Translations under genes and position numbers: made by a program
Assembly (NCBI GenBank): GCA_963835065.1
Contig: CAWIEK010000024.1
Span: 64,001 to 128,000, forward strand
Source: an uncultured Chthonomonadaceae bacterium
Lineage (GTDB): Bacteria > Armatimonadota > Chthonomonadetes > Chthonomonadales > Chthonomonadaceae
Direction of reading: 5' to 3'
Length of the DNA: 64,000 bases
In this document: positions 1-9,488 of the stretch, in pieces
Position numbering within the stretch: the stretch's first letter is position 1
How the letters are laid out: each line of letters begins with the position of its first letter
The notes under the pieces: generated by a model
What the model saw: only the letters and a program-made list of their open reading frames with translations
Database searches by the model: none
Told to the model about the DNA's origin: nothing

Positions 1-465
1 GTCACGGACGATATTTCGACGATTATCTATGCGGGGCTGGCGCAAATTCCCGCGCATTGCCGCCTTCACAGCGCGATTGAAGACATTCTGGAATGGCATG
101 AGGTAGACGTGGATTACGACACCGCCGTTTATCGCATCCATGAACTGTGGGACGAGAACCGCGCCCACGATTGGTGTCACACCATTTCCAACGCAATGAT
201 TGTCGCCGCCGGCCTGCTGTGGGGCGAAAGCGATTACGCGAAAACCATTTGCAGATCCGTTCAGGCGTGTTTCGATACCGACTGCAACGGCGCGACAACG
301 GGTTCCATCTTAGGCATCCTGCACGGACGCAAAGCCTTACCCGCAAAGTGGGCAGATGCCATCCATGACACGCTGCATACGGGCGTCGCCGGATACAACA
401 TCGTCAAGTTGGGCGACATTGCCCGCGACAGTTTGAAGGTGATAGAGAAAGTGGCAGCGAAGTAG
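1..465 (+). CDS. ADP-ribosylglycohydrolase family protein (C-terminal part, 5' end outside window)
   Basis: Frame is open from base 1 (VTDDISTIIYAGL...). Contains the family motif FDTDCNGATTGSILG followed by ALPAKW. Confidence 0.85.
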   Translation, partial: VTDDISTIIYAGLAQIPAHCRLHSAIEDILEWHEVDVDYDTAVYRIHELWDENRAHDWCHTISNAMIVAAGLLWGESDYAKTICRSVQACFDTDCNGATTGSILGILHGRKALPAKWADAIHDTLHTGVAGYNIVKLGDIARDSLKVIEKVAAK

Positions 466-466
466 C

Positions 467-490
467 TATTTGTGCATAATTGCACAAATA
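467..490. promoter_or_regulatory. Near-perfect 24-bp palindrome TATTTGTGCATAATTGCACAAATA; Rex-box-like operator upstream of nuoG
   Basis: Core TTGTGCA-TAAT-TGCACAA resembles the Rex consensus TTGTGAA-N4-TTCACAA. A TACAAT -10-like hexamer lies at 506-511. Confidence 0.6.
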
Positions 491-564
491 CCGGGCGGAA
501 CAGGGTACAATAAGGGAGTTTTGCACTCCTGAAACTTTCCCAATCACGATAAAGGGACACCGCT

Positions 565-2871
565 ATGTCGGAAAACAGGCTGACCATGACGGACGCCTCG
601 CTCAATCCCGCGTCCAGCGACCTGGTTAAAATCAAAATCAACGGCATCGAAATTCAGGTGCCGAAAAACGAAAATATCATCGAGTCGGCCAAGCGCGTCG
701 GCATAGACATACCCTATTTCTGCTACCATCCCCGTTTGGGCAAAGGCGACGCGGCGAACTGCCGCATGTGCCTTGTGGAAGTGGCGACAACCGCGCCGGA
801 TGGCAGCGTACGCAAAATGCCCAAGCCCCAGACCGCCTGCACGATGGGCGTTACGGACGGCATGGTGATTGAAACCGAAACCCCGCAGGTCGTGAAAGAC
901 CGGCGCGGCGTTTTGGAATTTTTGCTCATCAACCATCCGCTCGACTGCCCGATTTGTGACCGGGGCGGCGAGTGCCCCTTGCAAAACAACACCATTTTCT
1001 ACGGCCCGTCCACGACCCGCTACATCGAAGAAAAGCGGCATTTCCCCAAAGCCTATCCGCTTTCGGATTATGTCGTCTTTGACCGCGAGCGCTGCATCCA
1101 CTGCGCCCGCTGCACCCGCTTTACGGAAGACATCAGCGGCGACTCGCAACTGGGATTTTTGAAGCGCGGCGCGGATATGGAAGTGGGCACGTTTGCGCAC
1201 ACCGCGTATAAAAGCAAGTTCAGCGGCAACGTGATTGAACTGTGTCCCGTTGGCGCATTGCTGTCGCGCACGTACCGCTTCAAAGCGCGGCCCTGGGACT
1301 TGAACTCGCAGCGCAGCGTCTGTTCCCGCTGCTCCAACGGCTGCAACATCAAGATTGACTATCGCCTGGATCAACTGCAGCGCGTCAACGCCCGCCTGAA
1401 CGAAGCCGTCAATGAGGAATGGACGTGTGACCGGGGCAAGTTCGGACACGATTATATATCGTCGGCGTCCCGGCTGCAATCGCCCCTGCTGAAAGATGAA
1501 AACGGACAGTTCCACCCCATAGATTGGGCTGCGGCGTCCAATCTGCTGGCAAGCAAGTTGAAAGCGGCGAACGGCAGCGTGGGCGGCATCGGCGGCGCGC
1601 GGCTGACCAATGAAGACTGCTACGCATTCCAGAAATTGTTTCGGGAAAGCCTGGGCACAAATAATCTGGACTCGCGTATAGGGCAGTATCAGGGCGCGAC
1701 GAACGCGCCCCTGTACGACCGCTTCGGCTTTCACGGCATGGGTAACAGCATTGCAGATCTGGAAAACATGAAGTCCATTCTGGTGCTGGGTTCCGATCTG
1801 GCCGATGAGCAGCCGATTTTGTTCCTGCGCATCCGCAAAGCCTGGCGTTTCAAGGGCGCGTCCGTTGTCAACGCCGTAACCCATGTGGAAAATGACACGG
1901 TGCAGGTAGGCGACTTTGCCGAAGCGGAACTGGTGTACCGCGCGGGCACTGAAATAGCGCTGCTGAATGGCCTGCTCAACGTTCTTTACGCGGAAAACCT
2001 GCTGCCGGAAAGCGCGGCGAGTCTGGCCGCGCTGAAAACAAGCGTCGGCGAGTGGACGCCGGAGCGAACCGCGCAGGAAACGGGCCTGACGGCAGGCCAA
2101 ATTACCGCCGCCGCGCGCCTGCTTGCCAAAGGGCCGATGGCGATACTGGCGGGCAAAGCCGTGATGAACCATCCGCAGTACGCCGATGTTGCCGCCGCAT
2201 TAGGCAATCTGCTTGTGGCGACGGGCAACCCAACAACCAACTTGAATATTCCCGGCCTGGAGTGCAACACGCAGGGCGCGATGGACATGGGCATCCTGCC
2301 GGACAATCTGCCCGGTTACGCCAACGCCACCAACCCCGGCATGAACACGCAGCAAATGCTGGAAGCGGCGGCAAGCGGGCAATTGCAGGTGCTATGGATT
2401 GCGGGCGCGGATTTAATACAGCACTACCACGATCCAAGTTTGGCGCAGCGCGCCTTGCAGACGGCGTTTACGGTTGTCAGCGAATTGCACCTGACGGAAA
2501 CGGCGGAACTGGCTGATTTGGTATTGCCCGCCGCCAGCGTCGCGGAAAAAGACGGCACGTACACCAATTGCGAACGGCGCGTCCAGCGTATCTACAAGGC
2601 GTTCGAAATTAGCCCCAACATCAAGCCCGACTGGCTGATATTTACGGAAGCCGCCACGCAGGTCGCCGGCATCGCGCCCTACTTCTCCGCCCGCGACATT
2701 CTGCGCGACATCGCCGCCAACGTTCCCATTTACAGCGGCATCACGCCCAAAAGCTTGGGAGAAGCCGGCATACGCTGGAACTACCCGGATGGAACGGCAA
2801 AACAGTATACGGTGGCTCCCGTTACGTACAAAGCGCCAACTCGGACGGCGGTTGGAGCGACGGCTTACTAA
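565..2871 (+). CDS. nuoG: NADH-quinone oxidoreductase subunit G
   Basis: Fe-S motifs IPYFCYH..CRMC, HPLDCPICDRGGECPLQ, RCIHCARC..CPVGAL and CSRCSNGC (N7-type); molybdopterin-oxidoreductase-like C-terminus. Confidence 0.97.
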   Translation: MSENRLTMTDASLNPASSDLVKIKINGIEIQVPKNENIIESAKRVGIDIPYFCYHPRLGKGDAANCRMCLVEVATTAPDGSVRKMPKPQTACTMGVTDGMVIETETPQVVKDRRGVLEFLLINHPLDCPICDRGGECPLQNNTIFYGPSTTRYIEEKRHFPKAYPLSDYVVFDRERCIHCARCTRFTEDISGDSQLGFLKRGADMEVGTFAHTAYKSKFSGNVIELCPVGALLSRTYRFKARPWDLNSQRSVCSRCSNGCNIKIDYRLDQLQRVNARLNEAVNEEWTCDRGKFGHDYISSASRLQSPLLKDENGQFHPIDWAAASNLLASKLKAANGSVGGIGGARLTNEDCYAFQKLFRESLGTNNLDSRIGQYQGATNAPLYDRFGFHGMGNSIADLENMKSILVLGSDLADEQPILFLRIRKAWRFKGASVVNAVTHVENDTVQVGDFAEAELVYRAGTEIALLNGLLNVLYAENLLPESAASLAALKTSVGEWTPERTAQETGLTAGQITAAARLLAKGPMAILAGKAVMNHPQYADVAAALGNLLVATGNPTTNLNIPGLECNTQGAMDMGILPDNLPGYANATNPGMNTQQMLEAAASGQLQVLWIAGADLIQHYHDPSLAQRALQTAFTVVSELHLTETAELADLVLPAASVAEKDGTYTNCERRVQRIYKAFEISPNIKPDWLIFTEAATQVAGIAPYFSARDILRDIAANVPIYSGITPKSLGEAGIRWNYPDGTAKQYTVAPVTYKAPTRTAVGATAY

Positions 2872-2889
2872 AGGACTGTCGAAATCAGC

Positions 2890-4200
2890 ATGAGCTATCT
2901 GGAACAGATTATCAATTATCGCGCGATTTTGCCGGAAGTATGGCACGGCGTTTATCTGCCGGGGTGGGTTCCGTATATTGCCATGCTGGGCATGGTGGGC
3001 TTCATCCTGACGATTTTGCCCGGCCTGATCTGGATTGAGCGCGTCGTTATTGCTTTGATGCAGGATCGTCCCGGCCCCAACCGAGTCGGGCCGCGTGGAC
3101 TGCTGCAATCCACTGCCGATGTCGTCAAGCTGTTCTTCAAGGAAGATTTTCGTCCCAAAAGTATTGACCGAACGCTGTACTATCTCGCGCCGTTCATGAC
3201 GATGGTGATTGCGCTATCCGCAGGCGCGGTGCTGCCCTCCGGGTTTATATTCTTCCGCAACGCGGCAAATGTGGTGTACCCAATCGCCATTACGGTTGGC
3301 GACGTGAACATCGGCCTGTTGTACATTCTTGCCATGTCGTCGCTCGGCGTGTACGGCCTTGTGCTGGCAGGATGGGCGTCCAACAACAAGTATTCGCTGC
3401 TTGGCGGACTTCGCGCCTCGGCGCAGCTTATCAGTTACGAACTTTCGATGGGATTGGCGCTGTTATGCGTGATTGTTCTCGCCGGGTCGGTGAAACTGAG
3501 CGATGTGGTGATTGCGCAGTCCGGCCCGCCGTTTGGTTTGCGCGGCCTGCCGCCGATTTTGAACGGCAGCATTTTCTCGTGGTACTGGCTGCAAAGTTTG
3601 ATTGTGCCGGTTGTGCTGTACACCATTGCCATGATCGCGGAAACCAACCGCGCGCCGTTCGACCTGCCGGAAGCCGAATCCGAACTGATTGCCGGGTTCC
3701 ATACCGAATACTCGTCTATGAAGTTCGCCACGTTCTTTGCCGCCGAATACATCAACATGCTTGTCGTGTCCGGCCTGAACGCGGCGATGTTTTGGGGCGG
3801 GCCGTTGCCGCCGCTCAATATCTGGCCGCTTAACGTCGTACCCGGCTTCATCTGGTTTATCACCAAGATTATGATGGGCATTTTCCTGTACACCTGGCTG
3901 CGGGCTACGATGCCCCGCCTGCGCTACGATGCCCTGATGAACCTGGGCTGGAAGCGGATGCTGCCCATCGGGTTGGTGTGGCTGTTCCTGCTGTGTGGCT
4001 ACAGCCTGGCGCGCGACATGGTTGCCGATCAGCCGGGTTCGCCCATCATGCGGACAACAACCGGCGTACCGCTTGCCTTGCAGCCCCCGGTAGCCCCGGA
4101 GCCGCCAATGGTGATACAGGACTTTGGCCCGTCCGGGCGCGCGTCTGCTCCGCGTACCCGAACGGTTCCAACTCGACCCAATGCGCCGTCTGCGCCGTAA
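2890..4200 (+). CDS. nuoH: NADH-quinone oxidoreductase subunit H (Pro-rich C-terminal extension)
   Basis: QDRPGPNRVGP, NNKYSLLGGLR, ETNRAPFDLPEAESEL, PRLRYD motifs. Confidence 0.97.
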   Translation: MSYLEQIINYRAILPEVWHGVYLPGWVPYIAMLGMVGFILTILPGLIWIERVVIALMQDRPGPNRVGPRGLLQSTADVVKLFFKEDFRPKSIDRTLYYLAPFMTMVIALSAGAVLPSGFIFFRNAANVVYPIAITVGDVNIGLLYILAMSSLGVYGLVLAGWASNNKYSLLGGLRASAQLISYELSMGLALLCVIVLAGSVKLSDVVIAQSGPPFGLRGLPPILNGSIFSWYWLQSLIVPVVLYTIAMIAETNRAPFDLPEAESELIAGFHTEYSSMKFATFFAAEYINMLVVSGLNAAMFWGGPLPPLNIWPLNVVPGFIWFITKIMMGIFLYTWLRATMPRLRYDALMNLGWKRMLPIGLVWLFLLCGYSLARDMVADQPGSPIMRTTTGVPLALQPPVAPEPPMVIQDFGPSGRASAPRTRTVPTRPNAPSAP

Positions 4201-4217
4201 CAGGGAATTTTTTATTC

Positions 4218-4766
4218 ATGCTTCCTGATTTTATTGTTCCGCTTACACAACCCGGTGGTGTGCTGTTCCTGGTTTTGGCGATTGTGTCTATCGCCGCCGC
4301 CATCATGATGGTTGTCAGCCTGAACCCGGTGCGCAGCGCGCTGTACCTGGTGACAACGTTTTTGTGCGTGGCTATCTTCTATATCACGCTTTCCGCGCAG
4401 TTTATCGCCGCCGTGCAGATCATCGTTTACGCCGGGGCGATCATGGTGCTGTTTTTGTTCGTCATCATGCTGCTCAATCTGGGAGCGCCCGAAGCGCTGC
4501 GGGAGCGTGGAACCATTCAAACTATTCCCGCTACTGTTTTGGGCCTGCTGTTTGCCGTCGCCCTGGCGTTTTCGGGAACGCTGGTCAATCTGCCGACGCA
4601 AAGCGCCGAATCCATTGCGGCTATTCCCAATTTAGGCACGGTGCAGAACGTGGGTCTGTACCTGTACAATCCCAATCAGCCCTGGCTGTTCCCGTTTGAA
4701 GTGACTTCCATATTGCTGCTGATCGCCATTGTGGGCGCGATTATCATGGCAAAGAGAAAAGTGTAG
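4218..4766 (+). CDS. nuoJ: NADH-quinone oxidoreductase subunit J
   Basis: NPVRSALYL, QIIVYAGAIMVLFLFVIMLL, PFEVTSILLL. ATG 4218 chosen because the longer ORF overlaps nuoH. Confidence 0.95.
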   Translation: MLPDFIVPLTQPGGVLFLVLAIVSIAAAIMMVVSLNPVRSALYLVTTFLCVAIFYITLSAQFIAAVQIIVYAGAIMVLFLFVIMLLNLGAPEALRERGTIQTIPATVLGLLFAVALAFSGTLVNLPTQSAESIAAIPNLGTVQNVGLYLYNPNQPWLFPFEVTSILLLIAIVGAIIMAKRKV

Positions 4767-4775
4767 GAGCGCGTC

Positions 4776-5078
4776 ATGGTTCCGACTTCTTACTATTTGG
4801 TGCTGTCCGCCATTTTGTTCACGATTGGCGTGATCGGCGTGTTGGTCAAGCGCAACCCAATCGTCATTTTCATGTGCATCGAGTTGATGCTGAACGCGGC
4901 CAACCTGTCGTTTATCGCGCTGGGGCGCCACTTCGGCCAGATCAACGGCCAGATGTACGTGATTTTCGCGCTGGCGGTTGCCGCTGCGGAAGTGTCGGTG
5001 GGCCTGGGCATCATCATCGCCATCTTCCGCTCCAAAGAAACGATTAACATTGACGAAGTGAATTTGATGAAGTTCTGA
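4776..5078 (+). CDS. nuoK: NADH-quinone oxidoreductase subunit K
   Basis: 100 aa, 3 TM segments, IELMLNAANL and AAAEVSVGLG motifs. Confidence 0.97.
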   Translation: MVPTSYYLVLSAILFTIGVIGVLVKRNPIVIFMCIELMLNAANLSFIALGRHFGQINGQMYVIFALAVAAAEVSVGLGIIIAIFRSKETINIDEVNLMKF

Positions 5079-5082
5079 GGAG

Positions 5083-5203
5083 GGTGTTCAGGTGTTCAGG
5101 TGTTCGGGTATTCAGGACAATGCAAAAGTACAATGCTACTTTTAGCGCGGCAAGAATAGAAGCCGAACACCTGAACACCTGAACACTTGAATACCTGAAC
5201 GCC
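5083..5203. repeat. Inverted pair of 8-mer tandem repeats (GGTGTTCA)n / (TGAACACC)n between nuoK and nuoL
   Basis: 5083-5116 ggtgttcaggtgttcaggtgttcgggtattcagg; 5163-5203 ccgaacacctgaacacctgaacacttgaatacctgaacgcc. Confidence 0.9.
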
Positions 5204-5214
5204 GGAGTGTTCTG

Positions 5215-7491
5215 ATGCAATCTTGGGCATCGTTGATTTTATGGCTGCCGCTGCTGGGGTTTCTGTTTAACGCCTTTTCCGGGTTCTTTATCAAGGACAG
5301 GGTCAGGCAGAAGTTCCTGGTGTCTTGGGTCGGGCCGGGCGTGGTATTGGGGGCGTTTGCCATTGCGCTGCTTGTGCTGCTTCAGATTGGGAGCGCGCCC
5401 GAACACCGCCTGATTGTGCCGCTGATACCGGGCATGTCCGCGGATACGCCCTGGATACACATGGGCGGTTTCAATGTGAACTTTGCCCTCCTCCTCGATC
5501 CGCTTTCCATGCTGATGGCGTTGATCGTTACGGGCGTTGGCGGGCTGATTCACATTTACGCGACCGGTTACATGGCGGATGACCCCGAACAGCCTCGTTT
5601 CTTTACCTACTTCAACCTGTTCATCTTTATGATGCTGCTGCTCGTGATGGGCGAGAACTTCCTGCTGATGTTTGTCGGGTGGGAAGGCGTTGGCAGTTGT
5701 TCGTACCTGCTGATTAGTTTCTGGTACACCGATGTCAACAACGCCAAAGCGGGCAACAAAGCCTTCATCGTGAACCGCGTGGGTGACCTGGGCTTCGCGC
5801 TTGGCATTATGGCCGTGTGGAGCGTGTTCGGAACCCTATCATTTTACAATCAGGCGGGAACGGGCTGTCTGGATTTAGCAAAGCAGAGCCATGATGTTTT
5901 AGGACACAGCCTGAGCAGTTTGCCCGGCATCGGGCCGTTCTCGTTTGTCACCGTAATGTGCATGTTGTTGTTTGTGGGCGCGGTGGGCAAATCGGCGCAG
6001 ATACCGCTGTGGGTGTGGCTGCCGGACGCTATGGCCGGCCCGACTCCCGTTTCCGCTCTCGTCCATGCGGCTACGATGGTGACAGCCGGCGTCGTGATGC
6101 TGTCGCGGTGTTCGTACCTGTTTGTGCAGTCGTCACAGGCATTGCAGTTGGTGGGCTGGATTGGACTGGCAACGGCGTTTGTCGGCGCGACAGTCGGCTT
6201 GGTGCAGACGGACATCAAGCGCGTTCTCGCGTTTTCAACCGTTTCTCAGTTAGGCTATATGTTCCTCGCGTGTGGTGTGGGCAACTTCACGGCCGCCATG
6301 TTCCACATTACCACCCATGCGTTTTTCAAAGCCCTGCTGTTTCTCGGTTCCGGCGCGGTTATCCACTCCATGATGGGCGAACAGGATATGCAGCGCATGG
6401 GCGGTTTGAAAGCGCTGATACCGCGTACCGCAACGGTCATGTTCATCGGCACGTATGCCATTGCCGGGTTCCCGCTCCTGTCCGGCTTCTGGAGCAAGGA
6501 CGAGATACTGGACAGCGCGGCGCGAACGCCCTGGCAGTCGGGCATTTTCGGCGGCGCAACCGGCCCGTTCCTGTACTTTGTCGGACTGGCAACCGCGTTT
6601 ATGACGGCCTTCTACATGAACCGCCTGATGTGGAAGACATTTTATACGGAACCGCGCTTCGCAAACGGCAAACTCGTCGCGCACCATCACAGCAACTTTT
6701 CCGATGACGAACACGGGCATGACGCGCATGGACACGCAGACCCGCACGACGTTCATAATAACCCGGAAGGCGAACAGACCGGGCACGAGGAAGCGGGACA
6801 CGCCGCCAATACCGCGCATGTCGTGGACGCCGAACATGGGCATGGACACGAAGAAGGCACAGGTTCAGTACACGAATCGCCGCCATCCATGATGTGGCCG
6901 CTATACATTCTGGCGGTTCCCTCGGTTTTGTTCGGAATGCTGGCAGGGCCGTGGTTCGGCAACCGCTTCGAGCATTTTCTTGCGCCGTCCGTGTGGTCGT
7001 ATGCCGAACCGGGCACTCTGACAACGCTGGAAGAGGGCCGCGCTTTCCTTCCGAACGGCGCGGGGTACGTGATTTCCAGTCTGGTTGCCATAGGTGGACT
7101 GTTCCTCGCATACACGATTTACAAATCACGCATGAGAACGGGCGCGTGGTTCTCAAACGAAGTGAAAGCGCAATGGCTGCGCAAGCCGACTAGCCCGACA
7201 TCCTTCCTGTACGATACGTTCGTCGCCAAGTGGGGCTTCGACGCCTTCTACAACGCCGTTTTCATTCGCGGCGGCGGCTGGTTTTCCGAAAACATTTTGT
7301 GGAAGATCGTGGACAAGGGCATCATTGATAACATCGTCAACGGCTTTGCCGGGATTGTCGGCGTGTTCAGCAACGGAACGCGGAAATTGCAAACGGGCTA
7401 CGTCCGCAATTACGCGCTTGCCATGCTGTTTGGCGTGGTAGCGGTTGTCTTCGGCCTCGTCTACACCCACTTCAAAATCGGGACGCATTAA
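5215..7491 (+). CDS. nuoL: NADH-quinone oxidoreductase subunit L (with His-rich insertion)
   Basis: GWEGVG, KAFIVNRVGD, GKSAQIPL.WLPDAMAGPTPVSALVHAATMV, HAFFKALLFL, LQTGYVRNYA. Confidence 0.97.
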   Translation: MQSWASLILWLPLLGFLFNAFSGFFIKDRVRQKFLVSWVGPGVVLGAFAIALLVLLQIGSAPEHRLIVPLIPGMSADTPWIHMGGFNVNFALLLDPLSMLMALIVTGVGGLIHIYATGYMADDPEQPRFFTYFNLFIFMMLLLVMGENFLLMFVGWEGVGSCSYLLISFWYTDVNNAKAGNKAFIVNRVGDLGFALGIMAVWSVFGTLSFYNQAGTGCLDLAKQSHDVLGHSLSSLPGIGPFSFVTVMCMLLFVGAVGKSAQIPLWVWLPDAMAGPTPVSALVHAATMVTAGVVMLSRCSYLFVQSSQALQLVGWIGLATAFVGATVGLVQTDIKRVLAFSTVSQLGYMFLACGVGNFTAAMFHITTHAFFKALLFLGSGAVIHSMMGEQDMQRMGGLKALIPRTATVMFIGTYAIAGFPLLSGFWSKDEILDSAARTPWQSGIFGGATGPFLYFVGLATAFMTAFYMNRLMWKTFYTEPRFANGKLVAHHHSNFSDDEHGHDAHGHADPHDVHNNPEGEQTGHEEAGHAANTAHVVDAEHGHGHEEGTGSVHESPPSMMWPLYILAVPSVLFGMLAGPWFGNRFEHFLAPSVWSYAEPGTLTTLEEGRAFLPNGAGYVISSLVAIGGLFLAYTIYKSRMRTGAWFSNEVKAQWLRKPTSPTSFLYDTFVAKWGFDAFYNAVFIRGGGWFSENILWKIVDKGIIDNIVNGFAGIVGVFSNGTRKLQTGYVRNYALAMLFGVVAVVFGLVYTHFKIGTH

Positions 7492-7500
7492 GAGACTCTT

Positions 7501-9438
7501 ATGCCTCAAAATCAGATACCCAATATACTCAGTCTGCTGACGTTCCTGCCGCTGATTGGCGCGTTGATCGTGATGTTTTTGCCGCGGCCCGCCGATCTGC
7601 CGGAACATCATGGCGGGCATGGCGACGAATCGCACGGCGAACCGGAACTGGACGCGCCGATTGCGCCCGTCAATACCGACATCGGGCGCACAATGGTCAA
7701 CAGCGTAGCGCTGTTCTTTACCGTGATTACGTTCGTGCTGGCGATTGTGCTGTTCGGCGCGTTTCAAGTCCATTCCGAGGCGGCTTCCAATTTGACGGGC
7801 GTGGCCCGCAACATGCAGTTTCTGGAAGACTATCGCTGGATCGCCATCGGCAGCAGTTACGTGCATTACAAAATGGGCGTGGACGGCATCAGCCTGCTGT
7901 TGGTGCTGCTGACCGCGTTCCTTATGGTGCTGTGCGTCCTGTTTTCCACGCAGATTAAGACCCGGCTCAAAGAGTTCATGGTGTTCCTGCTGCTGCTGGA
8001 AACGGCCATGATCGGCGTGTTCTGCGCATTGGACTTGATCTTGTTTTACGTGTTCTTCGAGGCCATGCTGATCCCGATGTACTTCCTCATCGGCATATTC
8101 GGGCACGAAAACCGCATTTACGCAGCCGTAAAGTTCTTCATCTACACCTTTGCGGGCAGCGTGTTCATGCTGATTGCAATTGTGGCGGTGTACAGTTACA
8201 CGGGCACGTTCGACATTCTCGCGCTTTCCGACCACACCCAGGGCGCGGGCTTGATTTTGAACCACGTTCCCCCGCAGTCCCTGATGCTGATGTTTGCCGC
8301 CTTTGCCATTGCGTTTATGATCAAAGTGCCGATGTTCCCGTTCCATACGTGGCTGCCGGACGCGCATGTGGAAGCGCCCACAGCCGGAAGCGTAATTCTG
8401 GCGGGCGTGATGCTGAAAATGGGCACGTATGGGTTTGTGCGCTTGTGCCTGCCCCTGTTCCCGCAGCAGGCGCAGGACGCGGCTCCCCTGTTCATTACCC
8501 TTTCCATTGTGGGCATCATTTACGCTTCCCTTGTAGCCGCGATACAGCCGGACGCCAAGAAACTGGTCGCGTACTCATCCGTCGCGCACTTAGGGTTTGT
8601 CGTCCTGGGCATCTTTACGTTTACCCGCGTGGGCATGATGGGCGCACTGGTGCAGAACATCAATCACGGCATTTCCACGCCCATGCTGTTCTTCCTTGTC
8701 GGCATGATGTACGAGCGGCGGCACACGCGGGCGATCAGCGAGTTCGGCGGCTTGAAAAAGTACGTGCCAATGATGGCGACGATGCTGCTCATTGCCACGC
8801 TGTCGAGTATCGCCGTGCCGTTCTTCAACGGGTTTGTGGGCGAATTTCCGATTATGCTAGGTACATGGGTATCGCAGACAGCATTTAATCTTGGCGGTTT
8901 CTGGCCTGCCGCGCTGTGCGCGACGGGTATGATCTGGTCCGCCGTTTACATGCTGTGGTGGTATCAGCGCCTGATGCTCGGCCCGGTGACAAAGGACGTC
9001 AACAAACACCTGCCCGACCTGAAGCCGATTGAATGGGGCGTGTTAATTCCCCTCACAGTTGTTATTTTCTGGTTCGGCCTGTTCAGCAACTTCTGGACGA
9101 AGCGCATGGACGACTCGGTAGACGCCCTACTGCCCGCGCAGGCCGGAACGCGCGAACTTTCCGAAGTGCTGAACCAATCGCTTCCCATGTCGCAGGTGAT
9201 TCTGGCTGACCGTCAGCAGGGCAATGTCGAGCCGCGTTTCCGCCGTCCGCAGTCCAATGCGCCCGCCATGCCGGAACGCCATTCAGAAACAACGCCGACA
9301 CCGGAAAACCTGCCCAAAACCATCCCATCTACCGGTGGTCCCGAAGTCCCGCAGGGAAATCGGAGCGACATACCCGCAGGAACGCCCGAACAGCCCACGT
9401 CTCTGCCCAACAGTAACGGCGCGGGTACGACACCGTAA
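7501..9438 (+). CDS. nuoM: NADH-quinone oxidoreductase subunit M (extended C-terminus)
   Basis: GVDGIS, FYVFFE, IKVPMFPFHTWLPDAHVEAPTAGSVILAGVMLKMG, AYSSVAHLG. Confidence 0.97.
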   Translation: MPQNQIPNILSLLTFLPLIGALIVMFLPRPADLPEHHGGHGDESHGEPELDAPIAPVNTDIGRTMVNSVALFFTVITFVLAIVLFGAFQVHSEAASNLTGVARNMQFLEDYRWIAIGSSYVHYKMGVDGISLLLVLLTAFLMVLCVLFSTQIKTRLKEFMVFLLLLETAMIGVFCALDLILFYVFFEAMLIPMYFLIGIFGHENRIYAAVKFFIYTFAGSVFMLIAIVAVYSYTGTFDILALSDHTQGAGLILNHVPPQSLMLMFAAFAIAFMIKVPMFPFHTWLPDAHVEAPTAGSVILAGVMLKMGTYGFVRLCLPLFPQQAQDAAPLFITLSIVGIIYASLVAAIQPDAKKLVAYSSVAHLGFVVLGIFTFTRVGMMGALVQNINHGISTPMLFFLVGMMYERRHTRAISEFGGLKKYVPMMATMLLIATLSSIAVPFFNGFVGEFPIMLGTWVSQTAFNLGGFWPAALCATGMIWSAVYMLWWYQRLMLGPVTKDVNKHLPDLKPIEWGVLIPLTVVIFWFGLFSNFWTKRMDDSVDALLPAQAGTRELSEVLNQSLPMSQVILADRQQGNVEPRFRRPQSNAPAMPERHSETTPTPENLPKTIPSTGGPEVPQGNRSDIPAGTPEQPTSLPNSNGAGTTP

Positions 9439-9488
9439 CCATTTTAGGTTAATGCTCAACGCTTAACGCTTTTTCGAGGTTTTTACTT

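Noticed and set aside
544..2172. 542-aa minus-strand ORF, and other long antisense ORFs (7153-8367, 26675-27964, 38054-39295, 46801-48237, 53294-54502)
   Set aside because: They are shadows of well-supported genes on the opposite strand in GC-rich DNA and show no recognisable motifs.
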